A stretch of DNA of 64,000 nucleotides, from the NCBI GenBank assembly GCA_051362555.1, contig CM120649.1, positions 310,001 through 374,000 of the forward strand, in the 5' to 3' direction. The notes beneath the pieces were generated by a model. It was not told the DNA's origin, made no database searches, and was given only the letters and a program-made list of their open reading frames with translations. Both the position numbers and the translations under genes were made by a program. This document shows positions 49,320-64,000 of the stretch, one piece after another (the stretch's first letter is position 1; the number at the start of each line of letters is the position of its first letter). The DNA is from Lingula anatina (Eukaryota; Animalia; Brachiopoda).

Positions 49320-49780
49320 GGTAAAAATATTGGAAAAATTACCAGAATTGATAGTAGGCAGAAATACTGCAGCAGTGGGATATGTGTGCAGTTAGCAATT
49401 TGCCTTTGGGTGTTTCTTGATTCTGCAGTATTTAGTCCATGAAAGTGCTTAATGATGAAATATATACCATGAGTAAAAAATGGAAAAGATTAGCACAATT
49501 GATGGTAGACTTAAAAAAAAAAAAAAAAAGATGGCAGCAGTTGCGTGATGTTAGCAATCTGCCCATAGGGGTTTCTCAGTTTTGTACCACTTAGTAAAAC
49601 AAACTGTGGAGTGATAAATTATACCATGGGTAAAAGATTGAAAAAATTAGCAGAATTGATAGTGGGTTAAAAAAAAGATGGCAGCAGTTGCGTGATGTTA
49701 GGAATCTGCCCTTGGGGGTTTCTTGGTTCTGTACCACTTAGTAAAACAAACTGTAGAATGATAAAATATACGGCAGGTGA
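49320..49780. repeat. About 3 diverged tandem copies of a ~150 bp unit
   Basis: AAAAGATGGCAGCAGTTGCGTGATGTTAG.AATCTGCCC..GGGGTTTCT...TGTACCACTTAGTAAAACAAACTGT occurs twice, with an older upstream copy. Confidence 0.85.
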
Positions 49781-52700
49781 AAGTGATAGCTCTGATGCAC
49801 CGATAAGCTGTAATCTTTATTCAGGTAAATAATGTATTCCGGAATTAAGACAGGTAGTTGTGTGGTTTTTCTATAGAATTCTCCTGTGTGATGCATCTTC
49901 TGTGTTATCAATTAATACATGTTGTTTGTTCATACAACACTTCCTGTAGAAATCTGAATAACTGTGTCCTACAATAGTTATTATTTGTCTTTTCTGATAT
50001 TTTGATAAAATCAATGGGTAACAAATACTTTGAACTTAAAGATATAATTGCCTGTGCTGCAATTGATGAAGATAAATATTTAATTACAAATAAGAGTTAT
50101 GGGGTATTTGCTGTAATTACTGAAAATGGGATTTGTATTGATGATTTTTTATTACAGAAAGATGCAGTGATATCAGTCTTTGTTACTTACTATTACCATG
50201 TGCATTTCCCAACAATTTTGTATTGATAATTACACTAAAACTTATATAGAAATAATTTCTTTAATCATGCCTATTTTTTGTCATTTTTACATGGCTTCAC
50301 TAACTCTGAATCCATAACTAATAAAATACTGCTTTTCAAAGTAAGCTATGGCTCTGGCAAATCTCACAATATATTGTTCTTTAGTACATGTAAAAGTACA
50401 CTTGCAAAACTTAAAACTCCTTTCTCTTAGAAAATGCTAAAATCCACATTTAGTTCCAGGTAATAATTTATATACCCCTAGAAAGACGCTATTATCCACA
50501 AATCTTTGACTCTAGGAATTATTATGTACCAACCTTTTTATAGTTGTTACTCCTGGAGATTGCTTCAAAAATTTTAGTCCAGCTAATTTTTGTTTCATTG
50601 TTAAATATACAATGAGCTTGTCACTTCGATTGCAAGTCCTCTCAGTAACTAACTGTTATCAACTATAAGACCTCCAAGGAATGAAGCATCCTGCTTCAAA
50701 TAAATCTGTACAACCTACCAACCTTTTATTCCAGGTAAACTGTTATACTCCACAATGAACTCCGGCTCAGTAACAATTCCCTCCTCCTAGTAATTCACAG
50801 TAATCCACAATGAGCTTCTGCTCTGGCCATCCACATGTCCAGGTCCAGAATTCCTGGATTTCACATCTTGGTAATTTGTGCTTTCACGTGTGTATGGTTG
50901 TGGTGGAGAAAGCACGTGCACTCATACCAACGTGGATATGCAGAGACGTGTGTGTGTGTTCGTGTGTGTATGTGTTAGAGAAGGCAGGTTAGATCTGTTG
51001 GCTGTGTGTGTGGAGTTGTATGCTCTGGGTAAACTCACAGCTTTGATTTGTTGGTTGTGTTGTGATGTCATGAGTTAAGGCTGGGTTTGAGGCTACAAAA
51101 GGGGGGGGGGGGGGGCGATTTCTGTGACCTTTTGTGTGAGGATCCAAACTGTGGGTTGAGCAGGCAGACAGGTACTTTTCCATCTTTATTCCTCTTTTTT
51201 CTCTTTCTTTCATTTTTTGAAAAATGAATTCATTCTGTTAGATCTTATCAAATAAGTAGAAAAGAACAGATTTAAACAACAAAAGAGAAACAAAACCACC
51301 TACGTCTGACCAGCACAAAAAAAAAAAAAAAAGGGGGGGGGGGGAAAAAACAAAACTATTGCTTACTGCAGTTCCATGGAAATCAGTTAATCTTCTTTTC
51401 CTCTTAATTGTCCAATTATGGAAATCTGATGAGCAATGACTATAGTTCCCAGGTGCTTGGGCTTTCTTCCCAGGGGAGTCTTGTGTCGGGGATAGTGGGA
51501 GAAAGCAGGTGTCTGGAGACGAGAGATTAAAGCATTGGAGAATGACATGAGTGGGGAGAGCATCAAAGAAAGTTCATCGTTTACGTAATGCGGGTGCATG
51601 TTCGTGTGTGTTAGTAGGGGGAATCAGGAAATGGGGTTGCTTTGGATTGTATTCATAATGATGAGGGAATCAATGGAGATGATATGGGATGAATTTCATT
51701 TTTGCGGAAAATTGATAACAGTTTACGTTGCACAGGGAGAGGGTTTCCAAAAGTTCACCAGCAAAAAATGAAAACTGGGCATGTTCACATGTAGACTAAA
51801 TTAGACCAGATGCGGACCATGTTGGCAATAGGGATAAATAAGATCAGACCATATGTAATAATCTTCATCATCATCATCATCATCATCTTCTTCTTTATCA
51901 GAGGCATAAGTTGGGATTCAAAGCCAAAGAGGCAGTAGTGATCCTTATTTTCCTGTCTGGTCTGGGTCAATCCTGTGGTGAATATGACCAGAAAGAGATG
52001 GGTATGTTGTCACAGGGAATGGGGTGGGGAGGGGGGGTAGACAGAGATATTAGGGTATGGGGGACAATCAGCAACAGTTCATTGGTACATAGCATCAGAA
52101 GCTGGTCAGGTGGGGAGAAGGGTTTTAATTTATCTTTGATGGGGTGGGTGGGGGGGGGGGGCTGTCAAGGGCCCCTTGGGAGAGAGATAAGGAAAACATC
52201 ACAGAATAGGTGGGAGGATCACCAGAAGGTCATTGATGTGATAAGAAGTATCTTATACAATAGATATAACTACACAGATTTCCTAGAAATCACAGTATCA
52301 TGGTGGAATTAATAGGAATGATAATACACTATGTGATAGGGCTATGCTGACTTGGTCTATACAGTCTGTATTTATTGACTGACCTTTGCTAAACTCAACA
52401 AAATATTATTTCTTGTGATCAGAGATGGAAACTGGACATTACGTGAAAGCCAGCATTGCTTCGAGGAAAACCAGGTCATCTTGAACAAAAATTGCATGAA
52501 GTGTTCCAGTTGCTGGTAATGCAATAGAAAACCATTCCCAGTGTAATTTCATTGATCTGGTCCTTATGCTTGAGGTATTTTACTCTGTTCAATGCTTTTG
52601 ATATATTTCTCATCACAAAACTCACTCTCTAAATCACTGTTATTGCTAATCATATGACTGTGCATTTCTATTAAATATGCTGAAGTTGATTTATTCACCT

Positions 52701-55700
52701 CCATTATTTTCACTCTGATACATTGTATTTTTATTGCACTATTTTGATACTTTTGGATTATTTTGATACTTTCTATTACTTTAATCATGACTTTGGCACT
52801 GTATCTCTGTTATTGGTGCTTTGTCACTTTTATACATTGTATCAATATTGACCTAACTTTTCCTGTCATTCATAAATGTTTGTTAACTTTGTATCTCCTA
52901 TCATTCCTTTAATTTTAGGTCATGATAGGATTTCATTATCAGTATTACCTCAAGTGAAAGACCTTCGGTGCGGTGTCAAAGTTTTCACTTGTCCTGTTGA
53001 TTGTTTGGTAAAAGAAACACGCAGGGTTGTAAATTGTATGAGATTCTACCCTAAGTTATTTACACTAAAGTTAACATATAGATTTACAGACCCATTTAGA
53101 CTGAATGCTTGGTTAAGTATGCGAGTGCTAGGCAATTTGCAAGGAAAATAATGATTTTTAGGGTAATTATTTGCCTATGCTTTAAAGATTCATATTTTTA
53201 TGAATGAATGTAATTTTTTCTTTGCACTAATGCCAAATGGGTCATCCAATTAATTAATCTATTTCAATTAGAAACTGTTACTTACATGGACTTAGCAATT
53301 TTGTTACACATATTCTGATATGGCCATTATTGAACAGTACATCTATTTTTGCCAGCTGTTAACCGGTACCGTACAAGATGCGTAGTGTTAGTGAATTGAT
53401 CAACTGTCATAGTGGACACCAGATTGTTCTCTCTCATGGTCAGTTTTGTCTGTTGTGTGGAGTTCACCCTGGTCACTGTGGCCCTAATGAAATCAACTCA
53501 ATGCACTGAGATGATAGTGATAGCTTGCATATAGGCTTAAAGAGTCCCATGATGCAGTTTATTTCTGTGTTAGGAGGCTAGATGGGGGCTAGATTACACT
53601 CTTTAGAGAAAAACTGAATATTTAATGCTGGGTTATTGCCTGGGAAGTTTTGTTATTGGATTTACAGATTTGAGTAGTAAAAATGTATATAAAAGGAATT
53701 GGTATGTCAAAATAATTTATTTTAGTATTGTTTGAACCTATAAACTAGTTATTCATTATGAAGAAAATGTTATTAAACTGATTTGACAAAAAAGTATTAA
53801 AATGTACTATTGGTATGGATTTCTACTGAAATCTGTTTTTTTTTTCTAGGAAACAAGGAAATTCATAAATGAAGAAGAATTAATTCAAAAGTTTACAATG
53901 TGAAATTAGTGGTCATAATAATATAAGGAAACCCTAATTAAAAAAAATCAGAAACTTACTTTTGAGTTCCTCAGCTTCTGTTTTCTTGTCTAGGTCCAGT
54001 TTGTAAGTGATAAAATAGTCGCCTTTTAGGATGTATGTTCAAGTTTCTGAAAGAATAATAAGTCATTTTAATATCTTTCTGTTTATCATTTAGCTTCTGG
54101 AAAATCAAAATTTCAAAATAAAGTCCTTATTGTTTTAATTTCAATGGTAACTATGAGTAATGGCCAAAACAACTACCTTAAGAATTTGAATATAAGAAAA
54201 AATGTTTAAGCCACTCTAAACTGTCCCCTTGTTGTACTTCGCCTGTGTTGTAATTGACAAGTTCAGTACAAGTCTATTAGTGGTTAGACTAATGTTAGCT
54301 TTGTAAGGTGGTTGGAGCAAAACACTCCAGTTCTGCATATTCCTTTCTAAAGGCCAAAGCACACTGACATGTGTGAGCTGAGCCACTGGCCTCATGATGT
54401 GTAGATCAGCCTCTTGGTGTGCTCTGCTTCTATATATCAGCATGTTAGATGTTTATCTTTTCCATACATTTAAAAAATAAAGGCAAATTAAACTAAACTT
54501 TTAACTTTCCTTCAGGTAGCTGAGTTCATACCTGAGAGTGTGTGCTGGACTTGAGGTATTTACCTCCTACCTATGGGTTGCTTACCTAATCTATGTACCC
54601 TGTCAATAACTGAGAGGAGAGAGATCTACCAATATTTGGACTGTTGACCACAGGGAGCTAATTTAATTGCTGTTCCTTTACAGTTACGTTTACACAGGGC
54701 AGGATTTGGAGCGGCTGCAATGGTGCTTCAAGTCTGGATCACTTGGTTAAGTCTGGATACATAACACCAGACAAAACATTTCTCTCCATTATCTTTTCTA
54801 TATGGGGTAATGCATTCAACCAACCATTGTGTTACAAGGAACAGATTAGACAGTATGTTGATATGAACTTAAAGTGGTTTCTGCCAGAAGTAATACAACC
54901 AGATCCATCCCTTTTCACTCTCTAGAGTCTCTACACAAGTCGGGATTAGCCAAGTGGACTCCTTTCAGAGCTGTGAAAATGTGCCCCCCCCCCCCCCACC
55001 CCCTGCCCTCGCTAATGGCTGCTAGTCATTAGGTGGGATATGATATCCATCAGCAGTGTCATCTCTGTCCATCAGACCGTCCATCTCTAAGTGGTCATCT
55101 CTACCCGGTCATTGCTGAGTACTTGATGAGGACTGTTTGTGAGTAATGACTTGATGATGAGCTGCGTGATCAGAGAGATCAGTCCTAGTGATCTGACAGA
55201 TCAGTTCTAATTGACCACAGATTGAGCATTTGGTCGAGTGCTGACATTATCATTGAGAAATCATTGAAGCAGGGAGCCAAGCCAAGGTACTTCAATACTG
55301 GAATCCAGACTTAGGATGTCATGTTTTTTTCACCATTGCCCGGCCATACCTGGTCATGTGTACAAAGCTTAGCTAACAAGACAGGGGATTTATCCTTGTA
55401 AACTCCTCCCAAAGTTTGTTTTGATCAGCAGAGCTAACAGTGATATGTCAGATGCTAAAGACTTGGCCTATTATAGTATCCGGTATCTTTGACTTCCCCA
55501 TAGTAAGACTTGATCAGTCCACTAACATTTACATTTTAGACATTATGGATATTGATATGTGTTAAAAGATCCGACGGTTATTGTGTTTGAGCACCAATGT
55601 TAGAATTTTCTATGGCATAATCTTTTTGACCAACGGGGACTCTTGAAGCAAATAGGAAACAACTAAAGGTACCATGGAACTTATAATCTGATTATGTAAG

Positions 55701-58700
55701 ACGTAATGTTCTTAAATGGGAAAGGATGGTTTGGGTACTCACTTTGAGATTACTTATTGTCAATATATCTATTGCTGATATAGAAAACACTTACTTTTTT
55801 TATCATTTTAGAAATAAATAAGTCAGTCCAGTCCAACTGTCATATTGGAGTACCTCAGGCAGGTGTTATGGAAATGAAGCTCATAATCTTTTTGATAAAT
55901 GCCCTGGCATCAAGAAAACAGGAAGTACTTAACTTTTGCATTAATAAGTCATTGACCAGCACTTTGTTTTGGGGACAGTTAAAAAAAAAAAAAGGCTGTC
56001 TAGAAAATGGTTTCTGTGTTTAAAGGTTATTATTTATATCAAGAATGTCTCACCAAGAATGTTAAACCAAAGTGCCTGAAATGGCCCGAATTTATTCTCG
56101 GATGTAAGGTTTGTTTATGCTCTGAGACTGTAAAAACCTGAAAGTTGAATCTTTTCGTAGAAGTGTGATTTAATAGATGGGAAAAACAATCTAGCCATGT
56201 TCTACAGATGCTAGAGACTACCACTCTTCATTTGATACATCATAGATGCATTATAAGCTAATTACATCATTCACATAATAATCACTGACAACAATTAATG
56301 CTCCATCAAACTGACATAATGATCTGAGTCCCGTGGAAATCTTACAGGTACAATTATGTTAAACCATAAAAGATTAACAAATAATAACCTAGTTTATATT
56401 TAGACAGCTACTTGAACTACAGAAAACAGTTCATAGATTTTAGACTTTCTAGAAGTTTGGTTATGCTGACTTACCTCATTTTAAGAAATCTTTACAAAAA
56501 TCAACCCTTGAAGTGTGTATCCCATTGATAGCAATACAGCAAGTTGGAGCCATTCTGGGAAGTGGGTAGCCTTTGCTTGGGATGTTCACTCTTTTATACA
56601 GGAACATTACCAAATGACACGGTCTAGTGAGAGACATCCCAGGCACATTATTAAGTGATCACATTTCTTTGGTATGTGATTTCTGGTGAAATTACCTGAA
56701 CTTTCAAATCAATAATGCAGTGATTTTGTAAACCTATACTACATATAACCATTTAAACAACCTACATAATTTTCCCGAAGTCAATCGTTAAGACTTGTCC
56801 TGTCCGTTAAGTTTGCCCCAGAATGGTAATTGATACAAACGGCAATCCCACCTATTGAGATAAGTTGACCAGGGATGAAATACAACTGCTTGAATTTGAT
56901 GGAGATTTTAATTCAGTACTTGGCTTCGACTGTAACTGATGATAGTTAAGTTTCAGAGAAAGTCACCTCGACCTGTCACAGGTGAGTAGGAATAGGGTCA
57001 TTTACATTATTCATTGCCCTAATTTCTTTCGGCCTTGTTCTCCAGGAAGAAGATCTCCTGGGGGTTTTATCAATAATTCATAGAATTAGGAAACCAATGC
57101 CTCTTCATTATACAATCCATGGCCTTTGTTTATGGATCATTTAAGCCATGGCCTTTTTTTGTATTGAAGTAAAGTTAGTGATTTATAACCAGCATTAGTT
57201 GATTTACTTATGTCACATTGAAAACATTTAATATCAATTGTTTTATAGAAAATAATTGATATCCCATAATTATCTTCTGAGCCTCATAGTGGTTAAGGAT
57301 GGTGAGCAGTGACATTCAAATTATTTGTTTTAATCTTTGTCAAAGTTGTTATTAAGGACTTTTCTTCAAAAGATGACTTTGTTGTTAATGAGTCTTTGTA
57401 AAACATGTTAGGAATTTGAGCTATCCAAGTTGTATTGCCCAAAGATTCGAAGAAGACCTACTCTTTTGTCCCTAGACTTACCTCCTTGAGGAAAATGAAA
57501 TTGTCTGAGCACTGATTATACTTTTAGTGGTGACAGTAGCTCATTTTGATGTACAAACTACATTTATTTGAGGTTGATCATTTAAATAATTGAAAATGTC
57601 CTATGACCAGTTTTGCTAAAATCCCCACTAAGTAGCTCAGTCCATTTCTGCTTTTAGCAATCAAGTAAAGCCCAGACCTTGAGATTTTCCTGAACCTGAG
57701 ATTTCTCATAAAAAACTACTCCATGGTCCACGATGCTGCTCACCTTAGTCTGAAGTAAATCATGAGGGGATACATGCAAGGATGCAGAACACGCTGTATT
57801 TCTTTGGCTTCATTATTTAAATGGGTCCAATGCATGATGCATCGAAGTTAAATTTTTATTTTGTTACAGATAGACCTGTATTGGTAATTTGATAACTATT
57901 TTTTTGCCATTTACACATACAAGTTGGGCAATAGGTGAGGTAGAAAAAAATCAATGTCGAGAAAGGATTAAGGAAGAAACATTTAAATTATCGACAGTGC
58001 AAAAAGGCCATGGCAAAAACTAAGTTCCACACATTTCTGTTTTTATTTAACACTGTTTATTGCCATGTTTTCTTGAGTAACCTCGATGCTTTCTTAGCCT
58101 TAGGCACCTAGTTGCAATTAGCAGAGAGGGACGAGAGGAGGAGGTGGAGACTTGAGTAGGAGGTGGAGACTACAGGAATGCTGCCTCTTGTCATGTACTT
58201 CCTCATACTTAGAGAAATAAATAACTTGTGTTTAACATGCACTAGGTTACCCAGAATTTTTTTCTTTGGAGGGAATTGCTTTTTTCTTTAGTCAACAGCG
58301 ATGATTTTGGAAGGAGAAAAAAATCAGATACATGTTTGTTTTCTGACTTGGAGTGATTTTTGTTGAATGTTAATGAATATAACCAATTCTGTTGTTGATG
58401 TTTTTTTACCAGTTTTTGTGTATATTTTTCTAACAGTTTTGAGTAACAAACACTAGCAAGTTTGCTTGGAGGTTTCCTAATTCTCAGTGACATTGACCTT
58501 TAGGATGATGCAGGAAGAAATTTGCCAATTTTATAGCCATCAGCATGGGAAGTTAATGGCGGTCCTGATGCCACTTTGGTTAATTTGATTTTTTTGAGGG
58601 GGAGTGAACAGTGTATTGATGTTTATTATTATTATTATTAATTTCTTTTTAATGGCAGATTGGCAGTGACTTGATGATAACAGGAAATGAGAAGGTCGTG

Positions 58701-59082
58701 GTTTTCCACCCAGTGAAAACAGTTGTCTATAATAAGTGTTATCTACTCAGGACTAGCAATTAATCTGTGCACATAGATTTTTGTGGATGACAACAGGAAA
58801 CAGAGGTGATTGATAATCACTAAGTTGCAATATATCACACCTGTTAGGTTGTGTGTGCGTGCATGCGTGCGTGCGTGTGTGTGTGTGAATTTATCTAGTG
58901 TTTCATTTCAAAATGCATCTGTATCAGAATGTGAATCCTGTGTAGTCAACTGACTACCTCTACCTATGTCTTGTTCCCTCTGTTAGTCATCATTGCTGAC
59001 ACTCTCTCCCTTTCGAAAAAGTCCTATAGAACCCTATAAGCCCCAATGGGATCCTATAGGAAATTGTACTTTTTTGTACAGG

Positions 59083-59084
<2 letters not shown>

Positions 59085-59134
<50 letters not shown>
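59085..59134. repeat. (TG)n microsatellite
   Basis: Direct read. Confidence 0.9.
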
Positions 59135-59136
<2 letters not shown>

Positions 59137-62100
59137 GATTTTTTTCCTTTTTCTTGAGGATTGACCCTTATTTCTAGGCGAACAAAAACTATGGACAGTA
59201 TGAATGGATAATTATAATAATAGGAATGAAATAGCGTGTTATTCCATTAATTATATATTACCAGAAGGAAGAAAGCTCCTATTCATTGTGTTCATGATGA
59301 TACGGAACCATGGCAATAGCAGTTTGAAGGTAGCAGACATGTACACACTACATAGTAAGACAAACATGCAGGTGTTTCTGGGGAGAGATTTCTTGTAAAC
59401 ATTTATATGACTTATGTTTATGATGTATGTCAACAGATGAATTCATATGTACAGCCACAACCCACCACAAATATACTATATATCAAACCAGAGACCATTG
59501 ATTATGTGGTTTTTGGCACCAATACCTCCTCACACATACATGTCTGTTTTGTCCATTTATTTATGAAACGAGATCCTTCGCATATATTACATATATATAA
59601 CAGGAATGTACTCTTAGCCTCTATACTTTGTACCAATTTATGAAAGTTAATCTCCAGTTATGATTATACTTCCATTAGACCCTGATCTTATTAATGATCA
59701 ATTTGAAGTACCATCACCTTTGATACATTTAGGGTTTATTTTCAGTAAAAATCTGTCACACAGCCACTATATCCCTTGAAGAACAATGAGCTGTGAGAGT
59801 TTGGTGATAGAGCTTGTTATCTTAAAGTGCTTTGTATATATTATACAACCAGATATACCTCTATACTGGAACAGTTTCAGCATTTGCACTGTCTGTCACC
59901 TATGGTGCCTAAACCCTTCACATAACTTCCTGAACCCTAATGATATCATTCCTGGATCAAACCATTGACTGCCAGCTTTGGGCTACAATTGCCTTAGGCA
60001 TATACATCATGTAGTGAACAAGGCCTCTCACATAGCCTCTCTATCATTCCAGTAATCTTTGCTGGTACATGCCAACACTTGAATAATGTGGTGTAAGGCT
60101 GGGCTAGAGTAGACATGAGTACAATGTACCTTCTCAGTTTACACATGGAATTGCCAGGGTGGTGGTGCTCTCTCCGCCTGTCTGAGCCTTATACCAAATT
60201 TGGAGGCAGCCCAGCACATTGTGTTGACTGATGGGTGGCTTATGGGGGATGTGATGTGAATGGTTCCATTTCTGCATTGGTGCACTCGTAGTAATTACTA
60301 GAATATCAATCAGAGTTGATGGTTGATTGCAATAGGGATTTTTTTTCGTATTGTGTTGTTCAAACATTTGGCCGTTGTGTTATGTCATTAAGGCCTGAAC
60401 CAGTTCAGGTTAGCACAATTCTAGAAATGAATGATTATCAGATTATTGTAAAAAGGCCAGAGGACTTATATACAGTGAAATAAACTAAACTCACATTAAA
60501 ACCCTGATTCTGGTATGAGACTGTGTTTTGCTGCATATTGAAAGGTGTATGTGAACTTAATAACTAATATTATGTTTCATACTACCTACTACTTTTTTTT
60601 AAAAGAAGTAGAATATGTATAATACCCATGTGTACCTTCACCTGGACAGCACTCTTGGAATGTAGATTTAGTCACGTGCTGGATTTTTTTTTTACTTGAC
60701 AATGAGAAATATAGAGTGAAATAATAATTGTGCTTTAGCCTGATTTTTTATCGATGAAGTTCTAGGCATTGATAAGGCAAAAAGTCATTTTATCAGCAAA
60801 TAAGCCCAGTGTATGTGTAGGTACATTTGGTCCCTTTTTTTTTTTTGCATGCATACTGAATGCCACAGACTACTTAAATCTGCCACTATTACCAAATTGA
60901 CGAGCAAAAGGCAACCCCATTGAGTAAACTGTATGTAATCAAACAGACATAAAAAGCACACAAACTGAAAGTCTGTTTTATTTTCTGTTTATGTTTTGAA
61001 CTCTAAGAGTCATCATAATTTGAAAAAGATTTCTTACAATTGAAGATCCAGATGAAACGAATCCCCAAAAAACCAATATATATTTGGTGACAAGTTTGGG
61101 TACAAATAAAGCCACTTCCTGCACATGACACACCCGAGAGTTGCATAAGGCAGAAGATTTATGGAGGTGAAAAGTTACACAGATTACGTGATCTGTTAAA
61201 TATTTTTGGACTAAGAGGCAGATGTCTGCAGTAAACTGTTTGCACTGAATTGGCAGACACCTTTATAACAGACAAGGTGAGAAAGTACTTTTAATTTGCT
61301 GGAAATTGTGAATGTTTCATTGGCAATGGAAATGTCTCTCAGAGGAAATGGCATTGGTACTTGTGCTGTTAATGATAGGAATATTTTGAGCAGCTTAAAA
61401 ATTAAAACGTCTGTATGAGCAGATGTTGGAGAAGTAAATTTAGTTGTCATATATGCCCCCGTTACTTTATTAAAACCAGTACTTTTAAGTGAAGGCTTGT
61501 GAAGGTTTTCATTCAGTTGTCTTGAAAAATCATTCGAAAGATAATATTCCTGATTGGCAGGAAGAATTATTATAAAGATAATTTTCCTAATATTTAAGAA
61601 TATTTTTTGTATTGATTAAATGTTATATAATTTGAACTACAAAAACTTAGTAAAAGAAATGGCTGTTAGGAAGAGATGCATTCTCCTTGCAGACATAATT
61701 TAGGCAAGTTCCTGGCATTTTTCCTTGGGGACTTTCATTTTCTTTATCTTTGCTCAACATGGTTAATGAAAGTCTAATTTTTGTGTTCTTGGATATCGTT
61801 GTCTTGTTCCTCACCAACTAATTATACAAACAGCAGCCTTATTGACGTCATTCCAGTCGCTACAGGATAAAATTAGAAATGGCGAAGGAACCGTGAAATG
61901 AACTGAATGCTGAATGCATGCAGATGAGGTTCCTGTTGCCATGGAAACTGGCTGTTAACCACGGCTTTAAGTTAATCTGGAGTTTAGGTCATTCATTCAT
62001 TCATTCATTCAATTATTTTTATGTACGCACATTTAATACTCACAGATTTTTTTTCATTAAAAATGTATGATTTAAGTGTTTATGAATCACACTTTCTTAG

Positions 62101-64000
62101 TAAGAGGACTTTTTGCACTTAAACTGCTCAGAAAATGCCTTTACCTTTTATCTGGGTAGACAGTAAGGGCAACATCAATCAGTGACTGCTATGAGGATTC
62201 ACAAAGCCTTAAAACTTTTGTTAACAGTTCAACTATCTTTATGGGTACATAGATCAAAGGAAAAGACAGACATTTACGTACAATGACACTGATTGAATTG
62301 GCTCCAATTTGCTGTTGTTCAATGAATAAAGGATTAGAAAATTAAAAAAAAAAAGTTTTCCTAAATGTATACCTAAAATTTTCACTTCTTATTTAGAAAA
62401 AAGGGGAGTTGTAATTTATTGCATTTTGAAATGGCAATTTACATGGTACTGTATTATTTGTAGTTCACTGCTGCAAAACGAGTCATTTACTTAAGAGCAC
62501 TGCCTTTTTGCTTTTGTTTCCAAAAAGAACTACAAATGAAGAAAAGCGGACATTGTTAACAAAGCCAGCTCTGTCTAGTCTGGGAAACAGACCAAAGAAA
62601 GAGTTGATCTTCATTTCTGAGCAGAACTACTACAGATTTGAAGCTCCTGCACCAGTGTGATGATAAAGTGATCTCTCAGGAATGGTTGTTGTATTTGTAT
62701 AATTCTCTTGATTGTTTCTCTCAGGGCTTTTTATACTGAAGAATAGGTCACAAGAGAGTCTGCTGACTGGTAAAATAAGGATTTTACAGAGAGATAAAAG
62801 ATTATTTAAAAATGAAATCAGTTTTTATGCTGGTACTAAAACAGTTTGTCTAAAAATATTTCTTATAGTGATTTTCTTTCAGACTGATAACTGAAGTTGT
62901 GGCTTCCCAGACAACATTTCAATGACAAAATGACCGAGTCTGGAATCTATATGTTCCCATTTCATTCTCATGCTACGTCTTATCTGTGCTTTTGATGCTG
63001 AAGAATTGGTCACTGGAGAGAATTTGTTGGAGTAAATTGGTAAAACACAATGATAAAACTGATTGTGAAGGTCTTCATGGGGCAACATGTTGATTTTGGA
63101 GAAGCATATTCTGGTCTTCCTTTTTTTCTTTGTTTTTTTCTTTTTTTTTTCCAAGAGAACTTTTTTTTCCATGGCATAAAATGGAATGGATAATGGACTA
63201 GAGTCTAATTCTAAGATTTCCCACGGAGACACTTAACCTGTCTGCGCAGATATTCAGCAAATTACTGTGCGTGGAACTGTAGTTTTCTCTTTCATGCCTA
63301 AGTTAAATCGGATGCATTCACACCAGAACTAAAATAGACCAAAAATCTGTTACCTGGTCAGCTGAGTTATTGTCAGACATGAGTTTTTTTCTGTGGAAAC
63401 ACAAAATTCTGCATTTTTTAATTAAATTCTGATGGTTCTTGAGATTTGTCAAGATCTGTCATGTTAAATGTTCAGTTTTTTTTTTCTTTTTTTGAAACCT
63501 AGGCTCATGTCTGTATTATCTTGTGTCTTAGCTGACCATAACTTCACACAAGCTGACCCAGTCAGTGGCCTTAAAACCCTGCTGGTGGGTGTACATGGGG
63601 ATTAGATAGGCTGCCTACTGTTAGAAATCCATACTTTATTATAATAATTATTTCCATTTTATTATAATTAATTTACTTTTTTATTATTAATAACATATAT
63701 TTATTTGTTGCAATTTAAGTTTTCCATTCTTAATTCATTACATTTGTTATATTCTTTATCTGTTCGCTTGTTTACTGATCAGTTTATTTGCTGGTGAAAA
63801 TTCTGTCAACATAATTGAAACCTAATTGAGCTAAAGTGATCTCCATCTGCTGCTGGCAGAAGATCACTTTGTGTTGTGGTGTGACACTTGAGGATAGAAA
63901 CAGGAAGTGTAGGAGGGGGATAAAAAAAGGAACTGATAACAACTCGGCCATCGGGGAACATTTATTAGAAGTAAAGGTTGAACAAAAGCCTGGCAGTAGA

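Larger units (their letters stand above)
18325..64000 (+). other. PSMD1: Large PSMD1 intron (>45 kb, phase 2, after ...LGFLLFR) hosting an antisense gene
   Basis: Donor AG|gtagga at 18324/18325. I could not find the expected next exon ([21 protein letters not shown]-like) in the rest of the window. Confidence 0.8.

Noticed and set aside
47194-64000. Additional protein-coding genes or PSMD1 exons among the short ORFs
   Set aside because: The ORFs are low-complexity or random, with no recognisable domains. No PSMD1 C-terminal peptide was found. Non-coding HTR2 5' exons may exist here but cannot be located from sequence alone.

Overview
This is AT-rich, intron-containing animal genomic DNA, probably from a lophotrochozoan such as a mollusc (inferred from receptor motifs and repeat style). 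Three protein-coding genes are supported. (1) A single-coding-exon LRR single-pass receptor on the minus strand (1803-3524) with a tyrosine-motif-rich tail. (2) The first 19 coding exons of PSMD1/Rpn2 on the plus strand (8865-18324), after which an intron of more than 45 kb runs off the window end. (3) A two-coding-exon 5-HT2-type serotonin receptor on the minus strand (46528-31391), about 953 aa with a third intracellular loop of about 600 aa, nested antisense in that intron. This mirrors the vertebrate HTR2B-in-PSMD1 arrangement, apparently at the same intron. Other notable signals are a Helenus-like TRIM (tRNA-like LTRs, tRNA-Leu PBS, G-tract PPT) in PSMD1 intron 2, a perfect Nrf1/CncC ARE in PSMD1 intron 1, dead duplicated acceptor-plus-exon fragments that differ from the live exons mostly at synonymous sites, and several MITE families. 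One inverted MITE pair brackets the receptor's start-codon exon. Most short ORFs in the supplied track are noise.
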